Assembly: GCA_963851265.1 (NCBI GenBank)
Contig: CAWKNZ010000003.1
Span: 160,001-224,000 of the forward strand
Reading direction: 5' to 3'
Length of the DNA stretch: 64,000 nucleotides
Origin: an uncultured Gemmatimonadales bacterium
GTDB lineage: Bacteria; Gemmatimonadota; Gemmatimonadetes; Gemmatimonadales; Gemmatimonadaceae
Made by a program: the position numbers and the translations under genes. Positions within the stretch are counted from its first letter, which is position 1. Each line of letters opens with the position of its first letter. The notes under the pieces were generated by a model that saw only the letters and a list, made by a program, of their open reading frames with translations, was not told where the DNA came from and ran no database searches. Below are positions 46,454 through 56,369 of the stretch, piece by piece.

Positions 46454-47200
46454 TCACGCGTCGCGCCGCACGGCGCCGCCGGCGTCGAGCACGTAGCGCG
46501 TGAGCCCCGCGACCGTGCGGATGCCGAGCTTGCGCATCAGGCTCTCGCGGTGGGTCTCGACGGTGCGGTGGCTGATGCCGAGCTCCGCGGCGATCTCCTT
46601 GTTGGTCGCGCCTCGGGCGATGCCGTCGAGCACGTCGCGCTCGCGCGCGGTGAGCACGTCCAGGGGGGGCGCGCCGCCCACCGCCGCGCCGGCCGCGCCC
46701 GCGTTCGGGAGATCGCCGTCGGCACCGGATGCGGCGCTCGCGCCGTCGTCCGGTGTCACGGGCGGCAGCGTCACGCCGGTGAGGCCGAGCGCGGCGGGGG
46801 TGCTGAAGTAGGTGCCCCCCGCATGCACGGCGCGCACGGCGAGGCGGAGTTCGGCGGCGGCGGAATCCTTGAGCAGGTAGCCACTCGCCCCCGCCCGAAC
46901 GCCCTCGCGCACGTACTCGGCGTTGTCGTGCATCGACAGGATGAGCACGCGCGTTTCGGGCACCGCGGCGCGAAGCCTGGGCGCGACGCGCAGGCCGCTC
47001 TCCCCCGGCATGGTCACGTCGAGGACGACGACGTCGGGCCGGTGTTCGGCGGCGAGCGCCAGGGCCTGCTCGCCGTTGGCGGCTTCGGCGACGACCTCGA
47101 ACCCGGGCTCGCCGGCGAGGACGTGACGGATGCCCTCGCGCACGACCGCGTGGTCGTCGCAGACGAGCACGCGGATGGACGGGGGGACGACCGCGCTCAC
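46454..47200 (-). CDS. NarL/LuxR-family response regulator
   Basis: VLVCDDHAVVREG, VVLDVTMP, GYLLK, LTARERDVL..NKEIAAELGISHRTVETHR. Confidence 0.95.
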   Translation of the reverse strand: MSAVVPPSIRVLVCDDHAVVREGIRHVLAGEPGFEVVAEAANGEQALALAAEHRPDVVVLDVTMPGESGLRVAPRLRAAVPETRVLILSMHDNAEYVREGVRAGASGYLLKDSAAAELRLAVRAVHAGGTYFSTPAALGLTGVTLPPVTPDDGASAASGADGDLPNAGAAGAAVGGAPPLDVLTARERDVLDGIARGATNKEIAAELGISHRTVETHRESLMRKLGIRTVAGLTRYVLDAGGAVRRDA

Positions 47201-47814
47201 TCGGTATCCCGTCCGCGACGCGGCGTCGGAGGCGGCGGTGCCTCGCCGCCCTCGTAGATCTCGTCGAAGGTCATCGTCACCGGCGCGCCGTCCGCGCCGG
47301 GCGGACAGGGGAACGTGATCGCCCCGTCCCCGACGACGTCCGTGACGAGCCACGTGCCGTCCGCCGGCCGCGTGTACCACTCCGCCCTGCGGCGCGGCTG
47401 GTGGACGACGACGTAGGCCCGGAGGGACGGAAGCGAACGGTACGCGGGCCCCTTCTCCCGCCGGTCGGTGCGCCGGGTGCTCGGCGAGAGCACCTCGACG
47501 AGCACGCAGGGCGCCGTCTCGATGTGCCGGTCGTCGGGGGGCGGGCCGCAGGCGACCATCACGTCGGGGTAGTACTCGGCGTTCGCGTTCACGACGAGCC
47601 GCACCGTCTCGAACGAGACCCGGCGTGGGCCGCCGCGCGCCGCCGCGAACAGTCGGGTGACGACGTTCAGTGCGACTCTGTTGTGGTCCCGGCTCTCGCC
47701 GGCCGTCGCGTGGACCTGCCCGGTCACGTACTCGTGCCGAACGTCCGCGCGCAGTTCGCGCGCGCGGTATTGCGCGACCGTGCGGAGCGGGCGGGGGGTG
47801 ACGGACGTCGTCAT
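47197..47814 (-). CDS. Uma2 family (PD-(D/E)XK) endonuclease
   Basis: RHEYVTG..H, YYPDVMVAC, PCVLVEVLSPST..DRREK..Y. Confidence 0.92.
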   Translation of the reverse strand: MTTSVTPRPLRTVAQYRARELRADVRHEYVTGQVHATAGESRDHNRVALNVVTRLFAAARGGPRRVSFETVRLVVNANAEYYPDVMVACGPPPDDRHIETAPCVLVEVLSPSTRRTDRREKGPAYRSLPSLRAYVVVHQPRRRAEWYTRPADGTWLVTDVVGDGAITFPCPPGADGAPVTMTFDEIYEGGEAPPPPTPRRGRDTE

Positions 47815-47909
47815 GCGGGCAAATTACCGTCACGCGCGAGGTGGGGAAGCCGAAACGGCGGCGTCCGCCACGCGTGCGGTCACAGCATCAATGTCGGGAG
47901 TCTGCACGC

Positions 47910-49244
47910 ATGTTGGCACGCCTTGGTTTCGCACGCCTTGGTTCGTTTCGGCCGCGCGGCGCGGCCCTGGTCGCCCTCGCCGCCGCATGCGGGGCGGCAG
48001 GGTGCGGCAGTTCGGACGCGATCACCGGCACCACGGGCGGGGGCTCGACCGGATCGGCGACGTTCACCTTCACACGACCGCCCGATCCCTCGCCGTCGCT
48101 CGCGGGGCGGGGCGCGCTCACGGCGTCGCAGGCGGGCACGCGCCTGCCGCGCCTCGCCATCGCCGCGCTCATCGCGACGAAAGGGGCCGGGAACGCGTTC
48201 AGCGCGCGCTACGACGCGCAGCCGTACCGCGTCACGTACCAGACGGTCGGCGTCGGCGGCACTCTCGCCACCGCGACGGGCGCCGTGTACTTCCCGGCGG
48301 GCGTCGCCGCGGGCGCCGCGATCCCGGTCGTGGTCTACCAGCACGGCACGGTCACCAACCGCACGGCGGTGCCGTCGACACTCGACCCGACGGACGAGGG
48401 CGCGCTGTTCGGCAGCGCGTACGCGGCGGACGGTTTCGCCGTGGTCCTGCCCGACTACCTCGGCTACGGCGGCAGCGCGGCGCCGTACCACCCGTACGTG
48501 CACGCGGCCACGGAGGCGTCGGCGGCCGCCGACCTGCTGCGCGCGGCGTTCGCGCTGGCCTCCCAGCAGGGGGTCACGCTCGACCGGTCGCAGCTGTTCA
48601 TCACCGGCTACTCCGAGGGCGGGCACGCGGCGGCGGCGCTGCAGCGCGCGCTCGAGCGCGATTACGCGACGGAGTTTCCGGTGCGCGCGTCGGCGCCGAT
48701 GTCAGGGCCGTACGACCTGAGCGGGACGGCGTCGCGGCTGCTCGCGGCCAACCCGTCGTACGCCTCGAGCGTCGTCTACAGCCTGCTGCTGGGGGCGGCG
48801 ATGACGCGCACGTACGGCCTCACGGCGAACCTGGGCAACGTGTTCGTGCCGCCGTCCGACGCCACGGCCGCGGCGCTCGTCGCGGGTTCGGTGAGCACCG
48901 CGCAGCTCACGGCGTTGCCGACGCAGGTGCGCGCGGTGTTCCAGCCGGCGCTACTCACGGCGCTCGCGGCCGACCAGAACCATCCCTTCTGGCAGGCGCT
49001 GCGGGACAACGACCTGCTGGACTGGGCGCCGAAAGCGCCGACACGGCTGTACTTCGGCGGGGCGGACCGCGACGTGGATCCGACCAACGCGCCGACGGCG
49101 GCGACGCGGATGCGGGCGGCGGGGGCGACGAACGTGGCCGCGGTGAACGTGGGGGCCACGTTAGACCACGGCGGGGCGGTGGTGCCGGCCACCGTCGCGG
49201 GGCGGCTGTTCTTCGATAGCGTGCGGGCGGGGCTGGTGCGGTAG
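47910..49244 (+). CDS. Secretory lipase-like alpha/beta hydrolase (lipoprotein)
   Basis: VVYQHGT, PDYLGYG, nucleophile motif GYSEGG, SGPYDL, D..V and H in LDHG. Confidence 0.88.
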   Translation: MLARLGFARLGSFRPRGAALVALAAACGAAGCGSSDAITGTTGGGSTGSATFTFTRPPDPSPSLAGRGALTASQAGTRLPRLAIAALIATKGAGNAFSARYDAQPYRVTYQTVGVGGTLATATGAVYFPAGVAAGAAIPVVVYQHGTVTNRTAVPSTLDPTDEGALFGSAYAADGFAVVLPDYLGYGGSAAPYHPYVHAATEASAAADLLRAAFALASQQGVTLDRSQLFITGYSEGGHAAAALQRALERDYATEFPVRASAPMSGPYDLSGTASRLLAANPSYASSVVYSLLLGAAMTRTYGLTANLGNVFVPPSDATAAALVAGSVSTAQLTALPTQVRAVFQPALLTALAADQNHPFWQALRDNDLLDWAPKAPTRLYFGGADRDVDPTNAPTAATRMRAAGATNVAAVNVGATLDHGGAVVPATVAGRLFFDSVRAGLVR

Positions 49245-49259
49245 CAGAGACGCGCGTCG

Positions 49260-49409
49260 ATCGACGTCCGCGCGACCAACGAAGGCCCTGTGCTTTCCGC
49301 CGGCGGGAGCCATCGTGTGCAGCGCTCCGTCGATCAGTTCGTACAACACGTCGCGCTCGGGGAGCGCGAGCAGCTCGTCAGCCGCCGTCAGCCGCGTCGC
49401 GGTCGTCAT
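49260..49409 (-). pseudogene. Truncated Uma2-family gene (N-terminal ~45 codons only)
   Basis: MTTATRLTAADELLALP..YELIDGALHTMAPAGGKH is a Uma2 N-terminus. The frame then loses similarity and runs into the antisense lipase 3' end. Left boundary approximate. Confidence 0.7.
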
Positions 49410-51319
49410 GTCACCCTCCCGGAGGGCGTCCCAGCCCCGACCAAGCTAGCCGAGTCGCCGCCCACGGCCGAGCCCGGGCGCCCGGGCGCCGAGGGCACCC
49501 GCACGCGGACCTCCGCCCCGCCCCGCGCCGCATCGCCCACCACCACGCTCCCGCCTAACGCCCCGATCCGCTCGCGCATGCCGACGAGCCCCATGTGCCC
49601 GTCGCGCTCGTAGCGCGCGAGGTCGGCCGGCGCGCCGAGGCCGGCGCCGTCGTCGCGCACGGTGAGGGCAAGGCCGCCCGATTCGCGCGCGAGGGCGACG
49701 GCCACGCGCGTCGCCCCCGCCGCGTGCCGCGCGACGTTGGACAGCGCCTCCTGGACGGCGCGGAAGAGGGCGAGGTCGGCGTCTTCGGGGAGGGCCGGGA
49801 GGGTGTCGGGCACGTCGAGCGCGACGGCGATGCCGGTGCGCTCCTCGAAGTCGGCGGCGAGCGAGCGGAGCGCCGGGAGCAGGCCGAGGTCGTCGAGCAG
49901 CGACGGGCGCAGGGCGTTCGTCACGCCGCGGATGCTGCGGATGCCCGTGTCGATGAGGCCGAGCACGCGGTCGAAGCGCGCGCGCTGCGCCTCGCGCTCG
50001 CCGTCGTGCGCGGGGTCGCGCGGCGCGTCGCCGCCGGGGTCGCGGCCGGCGAGGTCGCGCAGGACGCCGAGCTGCATCTTCACCGCCGAAAACACCTGCG
50101 CCGTCTCGTCGTGCAGCTCGCGCGACAGTCGGCGCCGCTCGTTCTCGTGCGCGCGGAGCATGCGCGACGAGAGGCGCTCGAGTTCCGCCGTGCGCGCCTC
50201 GAGCGCGTGGTAGAGGGCGGCCGAGTGGAGCGCCGCGCCGACCTGCTGGCCTAACGCGCGGAGGAAGCTCTCGTCGAGGGCCGTGAACGGGTCGCGCGCC
50301 TCGCCGGCGAGGACGAGCGCGGCCTCGGGCGCCCCCTCGGGCGCCCCCTCGGCCGGCACGGGGAGCGCGGCGACCGAGGCGTGGCCGGCGATCCCCTGCG
50401 CGACTTCGGGGCGCCCCGTCGCCCGGAGCCTGCCTAACAATGCGGCGAGCGCCCCGCCGGGCTCGGTGCCGCTCCACCCGGCGCACGTGCCCGCCCCCGC
50501 CGCGCAGACGAAGTGCGCCGCGCCGTTCGCCGCCGCGCCGTTCGCCGCCGGGGAGACGACGTAGTACGCGGTCCCGCGCACCGCCGGCAGGGACAGCGGG
50601 CGCGCGAGGAGGGCCGCGAGCGGGTCGGCGAGCTGCGGGGCGCGCTGCAGGTCGCCCGACAGCGCCGAAAGCGCGCCGAGTCCGCGGCGCAGGTCGTCCA
50701 TCACGAGGAGCATGATCCCGCCGCCCACGGCGAGCTCGAACGCGATGTCGAGGTAGTAGCCCCACGGGCTCCACGCCCCGCGCGCGCGGAGGAACGGGTA
50801 GTCGAGGTGGTGCAGCGCCCAGAGGCCGAACGCCACGCCCAACACGAGCGCGCCGGCCGAGCCGACCTGGCGGTGGTAGCGCCAGAAGGCCGCGCCCGCC
50901 CACGCCGTCGCGAGGGCGAGGAAGACGACCATCGGCGCGGCCGCGAGCGCGAAGTTGTCGAGCCGGTAGATGGCGACGAGCGACCACGCGGTCGGGAAGA
51001 GCGCGGCCGCGAGGTACCGCCAGCGCCACGCGAGCTGCCGCGAGAAGACGAGCGCGGCCCAGAGCAGGGTGAGCGCCGTGAGGCCCGTGACCACCTGGTG
51101 CAGGTACAGCCACTCGCGCTCGCCGCGGACGAGGAAGCTGCCGATCGCGACGAGGCGCACGACGTAGAGCGTCCAGGCCGCCGCGAACCACGCGAAGTAG
51201 GGCTTGCCGTGCCGCCGGTACAGGAACAGGCAGAGCAGGCCGAGTCCGGCCGTGATCGCGGTCTGGAGCGCGGCGGCGGCGAACTCGGTGCGCGCGAGGT
51301 CGGGCAGGTGCCAGGGCAT
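49406..51319 (-). CDS. Membrane sensor histidine kinase (HisKA_3)
   Basis: Multi-TM N-terminus and GAF-like linker; ENERRRLSRELHDE, LRPSLLDDLGL, QEALSNVARH, DDGAG, GLVGMRER. Confidence 0.93.
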   Translation of the reverse strand: MPWHLPDLARTEFAAAALQTAITAGLGLLCLFLYRRHGKPYFAWFAAAWTLYVVRLVAIGSFLVRGEREWLYLHQVVTGLTALTLLWAALVFSRQLAWRWRYLAAALFPTAWSLVAIYRLDNFALAAAPMVVFLALATAWAGAAFWRYHRQVGSAGALVLGVAFGLWALHHLDYPFLRARGAWSPWGYYLDIAFELAVGGGIMLLVMDDLRRGLGALSALSGDLQRAPQLADPLAALLARPLSLPAVRGTAYYVVSPAANGAAANGAAHFVCAAGAGTCAGWSGTEPGGALAALLGRLRATGRPEVAQGIAGHASVAALPVPAEGAPEGAPEAALVLAGEARDPFTALDESFLRALGQQVGAALHSAALYHALEARTAELERLSSRMLRAHENERRRLSRELHDETAQVFSAVKMQLGVLRDLAGRDPGGDAPRDPAHDGEREAQRARFDRVLGLIDTGIRSIRGVTNALRPSLLDDLGLLPALRSLAADFEERTGIAVALDVPDTLPALPEDADLALFRAVQEALSNVARHAAGATRVAVALARESGGLALTVRDDGAGLGAPADLARYERDGHMGLVGMRERIGALGGSVVVGDAARGGAEVRVRVPSAPGRPGSAVGGDSASLVGAGTPSGRVT

Positions 51320-51446
51320 GGGGCAAGCTACCCCGTGCGGGTCTCGCGGCTCCGGCGCGCGGCGCCGCGCCGCCGCGCCGCAAAGATCGACACCGCCGGC
51401 GGCGCGGCGGTGCCGGCGCCGTGACCGGCGCGTGTATCGTGCAGGC

Positions 51447-52847
51447 ATGTTGCGTCATGGTCGCGCGCGCCTCGGAATCCTCCTGGGGGCGGCGCTCGGC
51501 GCGTGCCGGTCGGCGCCTCCAGCGCCGCCGGCCGCGCCGACGCCGGCGACGGTCGTGCTCGTGTCGCTGGACGGCTTTCGCGCCGACTACCTCGACCGCC
51601 GACTGCCGCTGCCCGCGTTCGCGCGGCTCGAGGCGGCGGGCGTGCGGGCGCGGGCGCTCGTGCCGAGCTTTCCGAGCAAGACGTTCCCGAACCACTGGAC
51701 GCTCGTCACCGGGCTGCGGCCGGGACGCCACGGCATCGTCGCCAACGCGTTCTGGGACCCGGTCACCCGGCGCGAGTACCGCATCCGCGACACGGCCGCG
51801 GTGCGCGACGCGTCGTGGTATGGCGGCGTGCCGCTGTGGGCGCTCGCGGAGCGCGCCGGCATCCGCACCGGGACGGTGTTCTGGCCGGGGTCGGAGGCGC
51901 CGGTGGGGGGCGTGCGCCCGTCGCGGTGGCTGCGCTACGATGGCGCGATGCCCGACTCCGCGCGCGTCGACACGGTGGTCGCGTGGCTGGCGCTGCCGGC
52001 GGCCGAGCGGCCGCGGTTCGTGGCGCTGTACGTGAGCGTGGCGGACGACTCGGGGCACGCCGCGGGCCCCGACGCGCCCGCGACCGACAGCGCGGTCGTC
52101 GAGGCCGACCGTACGTTAGGCCGCCTGCTCGACCGGCTCGACGCGATGCCCGGAGGCAACGCGGTCGACGTGGTGGTCGTGAGCGACCACGGCATGGACG
52201 CGGTCGCACCCGAACGCACCGTCGATCTGTCGCGGTGCGACCGGCGCGACGCGTTCGCCGACGCGCGCACGGGCGACGCGGGGCCGGTGCTCTCGATGTG
52301 GTTCGACGAACCGGGTGGCGGAGTGGCGGGGGGCGACGCCGCGGGGACCGACGCGGCGTCGCGGGCGGCCAACGCGGAGGCGGTACTGCGGAGCTGCCTC
52401 GCCCCCGCCGCCGCGGGCGCGCCCTTCAATCCGCTGGCCCACGCGCGCGTCTACGCGCGGGCGGAAACGCCCGCGCGCTGGGCGCTGCGCGCGCAGCCGC
52501 GGGCGGGCGACCTGCTCATCGTCGCCGACTCGGGGTGGACCGTGGTGCCCGCGCCGCCCGCCCGGCCGCTGCACGGCGGCGGCCACGGCTGGGACCCGGC
52601 CGCAGACCGCGCGATGCGCGCCATCTTCCTTGCGGCGGGTCCTCACGTGCGCGCCCGCGGCGAGATTGCGGCCGTCGAGAACGTCCACGTCGCCCCCTTC
52701 CTCGGCGCGCTCCTCGGCGTCGCCTGGCCGGCCGGGGCGACCGACGGCGACGTGCGCGTGCTCGCGCCGCTCCTCGACGTCCGACGGCTGCGGGCGCGCC
52801 GCGGCGGCACGCGCGGCCGCGCCGTGCCGACCGCCGGACCGTCCTGA
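51447..52847 (+). CDS. Alkaline phosphatase superfamily nucleotide pyrophosphatase/phosphodiesterase
   Basis: VSLDGFRADY, FPSKTFPNHWTLVTG, D..GH..GP, VSDHGM, HGWDP. Confidence 0.93.
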   Translation: MLRHGRARLGILLGAALGACRSAPPAPPAAPTPATVVLVSLDGFRADYLDRRLPLPAFARLEAAGVRARALVPSFPSKTFPNHWTLVTGLRPGRHGIVANAFWDPVTRREYRIRDTAAVRDASWYGGVPLWALAERAGIRTGTVFWPGSEAPVGGVRPSRWLRYDGAMPDSARVDTVVAWLALPAAERPRFVALYVSVADDSGHAAGPDAPATDSAVVEADRTLGRLLDRLDAMPGGNAVDVVVVSDHGMDAVAPERTVDLSRCDRRDAFADARTGDAGPVLSMWFDEPGGGVAGGDAAGTDAASRAANAEAVLRSCLAPAAAGAPFNPLAHARVYARAETPARWALRAQPRAGDLLIVADSGWTVVPAPPARPLHGGGHGWDPAADRAMRAIFLAAGPHVRARGEIAAVENVHVAPFLGALLGVAWPAGATDGDVRVLAPLLDVRRLRARRGGTRGRAVPTAGPS

Positions 52848-52909
52848 CGGCCGCCCGCCGCCGGCCGCCGGCCGCCGGCCGCTCCACCCTCGCCTCCCCG
52901 CACCGCTCC

Positions 52910-54355
52910 GTGCCCCGCCCGATCTTCCGCTCCGTCGCCGCCGCCCTGCTCACCGCCGCGTCGGCGCACGCGGCCGCCGCCCAGGCGCCCGCGGCGCGGG
53001 TGCCCGGCGCCGACTCCGGCCGCTACGCCGGCTACCAGCCCGCGGCCGACCGCATCGTCACCGCGGCGATGGCCGACAGCACGGCCTGGCGGCGCGTGGC
53101 CGAAATCACCGACGCCTACGGGCCGCGCCTGTCGGGGTCCGACGCGCTCGAGCGGGCCATCGACCGGATGCTCGCGATGCTCCGCGCCGACGGCCTCGCC
53201 AACGTGCGCGGCGAGCCGGTGATGGTGCCGCACTGGGTGCGCGGCGAGGAGCGCGCGGAGCTCGTCGTGCGGGACGCGCGCGGGGCGGTCACGCGACGCA
53301 AACCGCTCCACGTGCTCGCGTTAGGCGGGAGCGTCGGCACGCCCGGCGCCGGGGTCGAGGCGCCGGTGCTCGTCGTGACGAGCTTCGACGACCTCGCGCG
53401 GCGGGCGGGCGAGGCGCGCGGGCGGGCCGTGCTCTTCGACGTGCCGTTCACCACGTACGACCAGACGGTGCGCTACCGCGCGCTGGGCCCGAGCGCGGCC
53501 GCGCGCGCCGGGGCCGTGGCCGCGCTCGTCCGCTCGGTGACGCCCAATTCGATGGACTCGCCGCACACGGGCGCGCTGCGCTACGACACCGCCGCGGCGC
53601 GCATCCCCGCCGCGGCGGTCACGGTCGAGGACGCGGAGCTGATGCACCGCCTGCAGGACCGCGGGCTCACGCCGACCGTCAGTCTGCGGCTCGGCGCGCA
53701 GACGCTGCCCGACGCGCCGTCGCGCAACGTCGTGGCCGAGCTGGTCGGGCGCGAGCGGCCCCAGGAGTTCGTCGTCCTCGGCGGCCACATCGACTCGTGG
53801 GACGTGGGCCAGGGCGCGATGGACGACCTCGGCGGCTTCGTCGCGGCGTGGGAGGCGGTGCGCCTGCTCAAGCGGCTCGGCCTCACCCCGCGGCGCACGG
53901 TGCGCGTGGTGGGGTGGACGAACGAGGAGAACGGGGGCCGCGGCGGCCGCGGCTACCTCGCCGCGCACCGCGCCGAGCTGGCCGACCACGTGTTCGCGAT
54001 GGAGAGCGACAACGGGGTGTTCCGGCCGAGCGGGATGCGGCTGGTGGGCACCCCCGCTGCGGTGGCGCAGGTCGCGCCGCTCGGCCGGCTGCTGCGCGCG
54101 TTAGGCGCCGCGGCGGCCACCGCGGGCGAGGGGGAAGCGGACATCGAGCCGCTGCTCGCGGCGGGCGTGCCGGGGGCCGCGCTCGACGTCGACGGTTCGC
54201 GCTACTTCTGGTATCACCACACGAACGCCGACACGCCCGACAAGCTCGACCCGGCCGACGTGGCGCGGTGCGTGGCGACGTTCGCGGTGTGGGCGTACGT
54301 GCTCGCCGACGCGCCCGACCGGCCGCCGCACGGGGCGCCGGCGCCCGGTCGGTGA
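52910..54355 (+). CDS. M28 family metallopeptidase (carboxypeptidase Q-like)
   Basis: GPRLSGS, SPHTG, GGHIDSWDVGQGAMDD, NEENG, ESDNG, YFWYHHT.AD. Confidence 0.93.
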   Translation: MPRPIFRSVAAALLTAASAHAAAAQAPAARVPGADSGRYAGYQPAADRIVTAAMADSTAWRRVAEITDAYGPRLSGSDALERAIDRMLAMLRADGLANVRGEPVMVPHWVRGEERAELVVRDARGAVTRRKPLHVLALGGSVGTPGAGVEAPVLVVTSFDDLARRAGEARGRAVLFDVPFTTYDQTVRYRALGPSAAARAGAVAALVRSVTPNSMDSPHTGALRYDTAAARIPAAAVTVEDAELMHRLQDRGLTPTVSLRLGAQTLPDAPSRNVVAELVGRERPQEFVVLGGHIDSWDVGQGAMDDLGGFVAAWEAVRLLKRLGLTPRRTVRVVGWTNEENGGRGGRGYLAAHRAELADHVFAMESDNGVFRPSGMRLVGTPAAVAQVAPLGRLLRALGAAAATAGEGEADIEPLLAAGVPGAALDVDGSRYFWYHHTNADTPDKLDPADVARCVATFAVWAYVLADAPDRPPHGAPAPGR

Positions 54356-54388
54356 CGGGCGCCGGGGCCGAGCGCGGTGCGGCTCGGC

Positions 54389-56185
54389 CTAGGGCATCCA
54401 GACCGGCGTCGGGAAGCCGCGGTCGGTGCCCGCGCCGCCGGTGCCGTCGCCAATCTGGCCGAAGTCGTTGGAGCCCCAGCAGTACGCGGTGCCGGTGTTC
54501 GCGATGGCGCAGCTGTGGTAGGCCCCCGCCGCGAGTTGGACGATGGTCGACCCCGGCGCGAGTGACGCCAGCACGGCCGTCGGCGCGAAGTGGTTCGAGA
54601 ACAGGTTGTCGCCCAGGCGGCCGTACGTCCCCTCGCCCCAGCAGTAGGCGTTCCCGTCGTTGCCCATCGCGCAGGCGTGGGTGGCGCCCACGACGAGCTG
54701 TGTGAAGGCCACGCCCGCCGGCAACTGCACGGCGGCCGGCGTGACGTGCGGCGTCTGCGTCCCGTCGCCGAGCTGGCCGTACGTGTTGTCGCCCCAACAG
54801 TAGGCGGCGCCCGAGCCCGAGAGTCCACAGGTGAAGGCCACGCCGGCCGCGATGCGCGTGAGCGTCACTCCCCCGGGGAGCTGCACGGGCACGGGGGCCG
54901 CCGTGTCCGCCCCGGCGCCCGAAGCCCCGTTCCCGAGTTCACCGTCGGCGTTGAGCCCCCAGCAGTAGGCGGCGCCGGTGGTCGTGATCGCACAGCTGTG
55001 AAGCTGGCCGGCCGCGATCTGGGCGAAGTGGATACCCGCGGGCGTCTGCACGGCGACGGGTGTGGCGCTCGAGTTACGCGTGCCGTCGCCGAGCTGGCCG
55101 AGGCCGTCGTAGCCCCAGCAGTATGCGGCGCCCGCGCCGGACAGGGCGCAGCTGTGCTGGCCGCCGGTGGCGAGCCCGGCGAACGAGGCGATGCCCGGCA
55201 TCTGGACCGCGCGGGCCGTCAGGGTCGGCGTCGCGGGGGTTGCGCCGTCGCCAAGCTGGCCGAACTCGTCGTGCCCGACGCACGCGGCGCCGCCGGCGGC
55301 GGTGAGCCAGCACGCGTGGTTGGCGCTGCTCCCGGCCGCGAGCGCGACCGCACCGGCGCTGCCCGGAATGAGCAGCGGGACGGCCGAGGTCGAGTCGGTC
55401 ATCGATCCGCCCGCGCCCGCGATGCCGGTCCCACCCCAGCAGTACACGCCCGCCCCGGGGCGCACGGCGCAGCTGTGATACAGGCCGCCGACGATGCCCG
55501 CGTTGGCGGAGCCGGCGAAGGCGTGCGCCGGCTGGGCGGCGAGCGGCGTCGCCTCGTCGGGCATCTGCGCGCGCACGAAGGCGGTGAACTGGAACGCGGT
55601 CACGCCGCTCGGCACCGAGAACAGCCACGTCTTCACCGCGGACGTCTGGTTCCCGGCGAGGAGCTGCGGGTAGACGAACGCCTGCTGCCCCGACGCGGTG
55701 AAGGTGCCCGTCGTGTCGGCGTTGAGAATCGTGACCGTGCCCGCGCCGCCCGACGTGGTCGGCGCCTGCGGGAAGAACACCATCACGCCCTGCCCGTCGT
55801 ACGTGGTGCCGTCGGTGGTGCCGAGCGGTTGCGCGAGGAGATTCTGGACGGTGACCGGGACGGCGAGGGTGTCGCCCGAGGGCGGCGCGGTGGCCGTTGC
55901 GTTGAGGCGCACGTAGACGCCCTGCTGACCGAAGACGAGCGTGCGCGAGAGCCCGGCCGGGGCGGATGCGCCTGCCCCCTTGGTGGCCGGGGACGTCGCG
56001 GCCGGGGTGCAGCCGAGCGTGTGAGCGCGGACGTCGACCGTGCAGGCGAGCGCCTGCATGCCGGCCACGCTGCCGGCCGGGGCGGTGAGCGTGCGGGTCG
56101 GGGCGGTGGGCGCATCCTGACACGCGCTCGCGATGAGGGCGAGGGCGAGCGCGGGGAGCGGACCGGCGGAACGGCGAACGGGCAT
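54389..56185 (-). CDS. RCC1-repeat lipoprotein with uncharacterised N-terminal domain
   Basis: IASAC lipobox; about six repeats of (A)G..HSCA....G.AYCWG.N..GQLGDG. Confidence 0.9.
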   Translation of the reverse strand: MPVRRSAGPLPALALALIASACQDAPTAPTRTLTAPAGSVAGMQALACTVDVRAHTLGCTPAATSPATKGAGASAPAGLSRTLVFGQQGVYVRLNATATAPPSGDTLAVPVTVQNLLAQPLGTTDGTTYDGQGVMVFFPQAPTTSGGAGTVTILNADTTGTFTASGQQAFVYPQLLAGNQTSAVKTWLFSVPSGVTAFQFTAFVRAQMPDEATPLAAQPAHAFAGSANAGIVGGLYHSCAVRPGAGVYCWGGTGIAGAGGSMTDSTSAVPLLIPGSAGAVALAAGSSANHACWLTAAGGAACVGHDEFGQLGDGATPATPTLTARAVQMPGIASFAGLATGGQHSCALSGAGAAYCWGYDGLGQLGDGTRNSSATPVAVQTPAGIHFAQIAAGQLHSCAITTTGAAYCWGLNADGELGNGASGAGADTAAPVPVQLPGGVTLTRIAAGVAFTCGLSGSGAAYCWGDNTYGQLGDGTQTPHVTPAAVQLPAGVAFTQLVVGATHACAMGNDGNAYCWGEGTYGRLGDNLFSNHFAPTAVLASLAPGSTIVQLAAGAYHSCAIANTGTAYCWGSNDFGQIGDGTGGAGTDRGFPTPVWMP

Positions 56186-56369
56186 GAGAGCGAACACGCG
56201 ACGGGGTGCGCGGAAGCCGGCATACGGCCGGCGGTGAACTGCGGCACAGACGCCACAGTCCAGCCGGGGTCACGGCGGCCCCACGCGGCCGCCGCCGTGC
56301 GCGCCTCGCACGCTCGCCCGGTCACGGCGGTGTTGCGCGCGCGCCACACCGCGCGTCTCCGCCCCTGTC

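Noticed and set aside
52850..52885. CCGCCGG and CGACGGG short tandem runs (also 13380-13410)
   Set aside because: Low-complexity GC repeats expected at this base composition.
370..54106. bldA-like TTA-codon translational regulation
   Set aside because: TTA codons have a fixed G_GGC context, and the same heptamer also occurs as Pro-Asn, as stop codons and intergenically, which points to a DNA-level motif.
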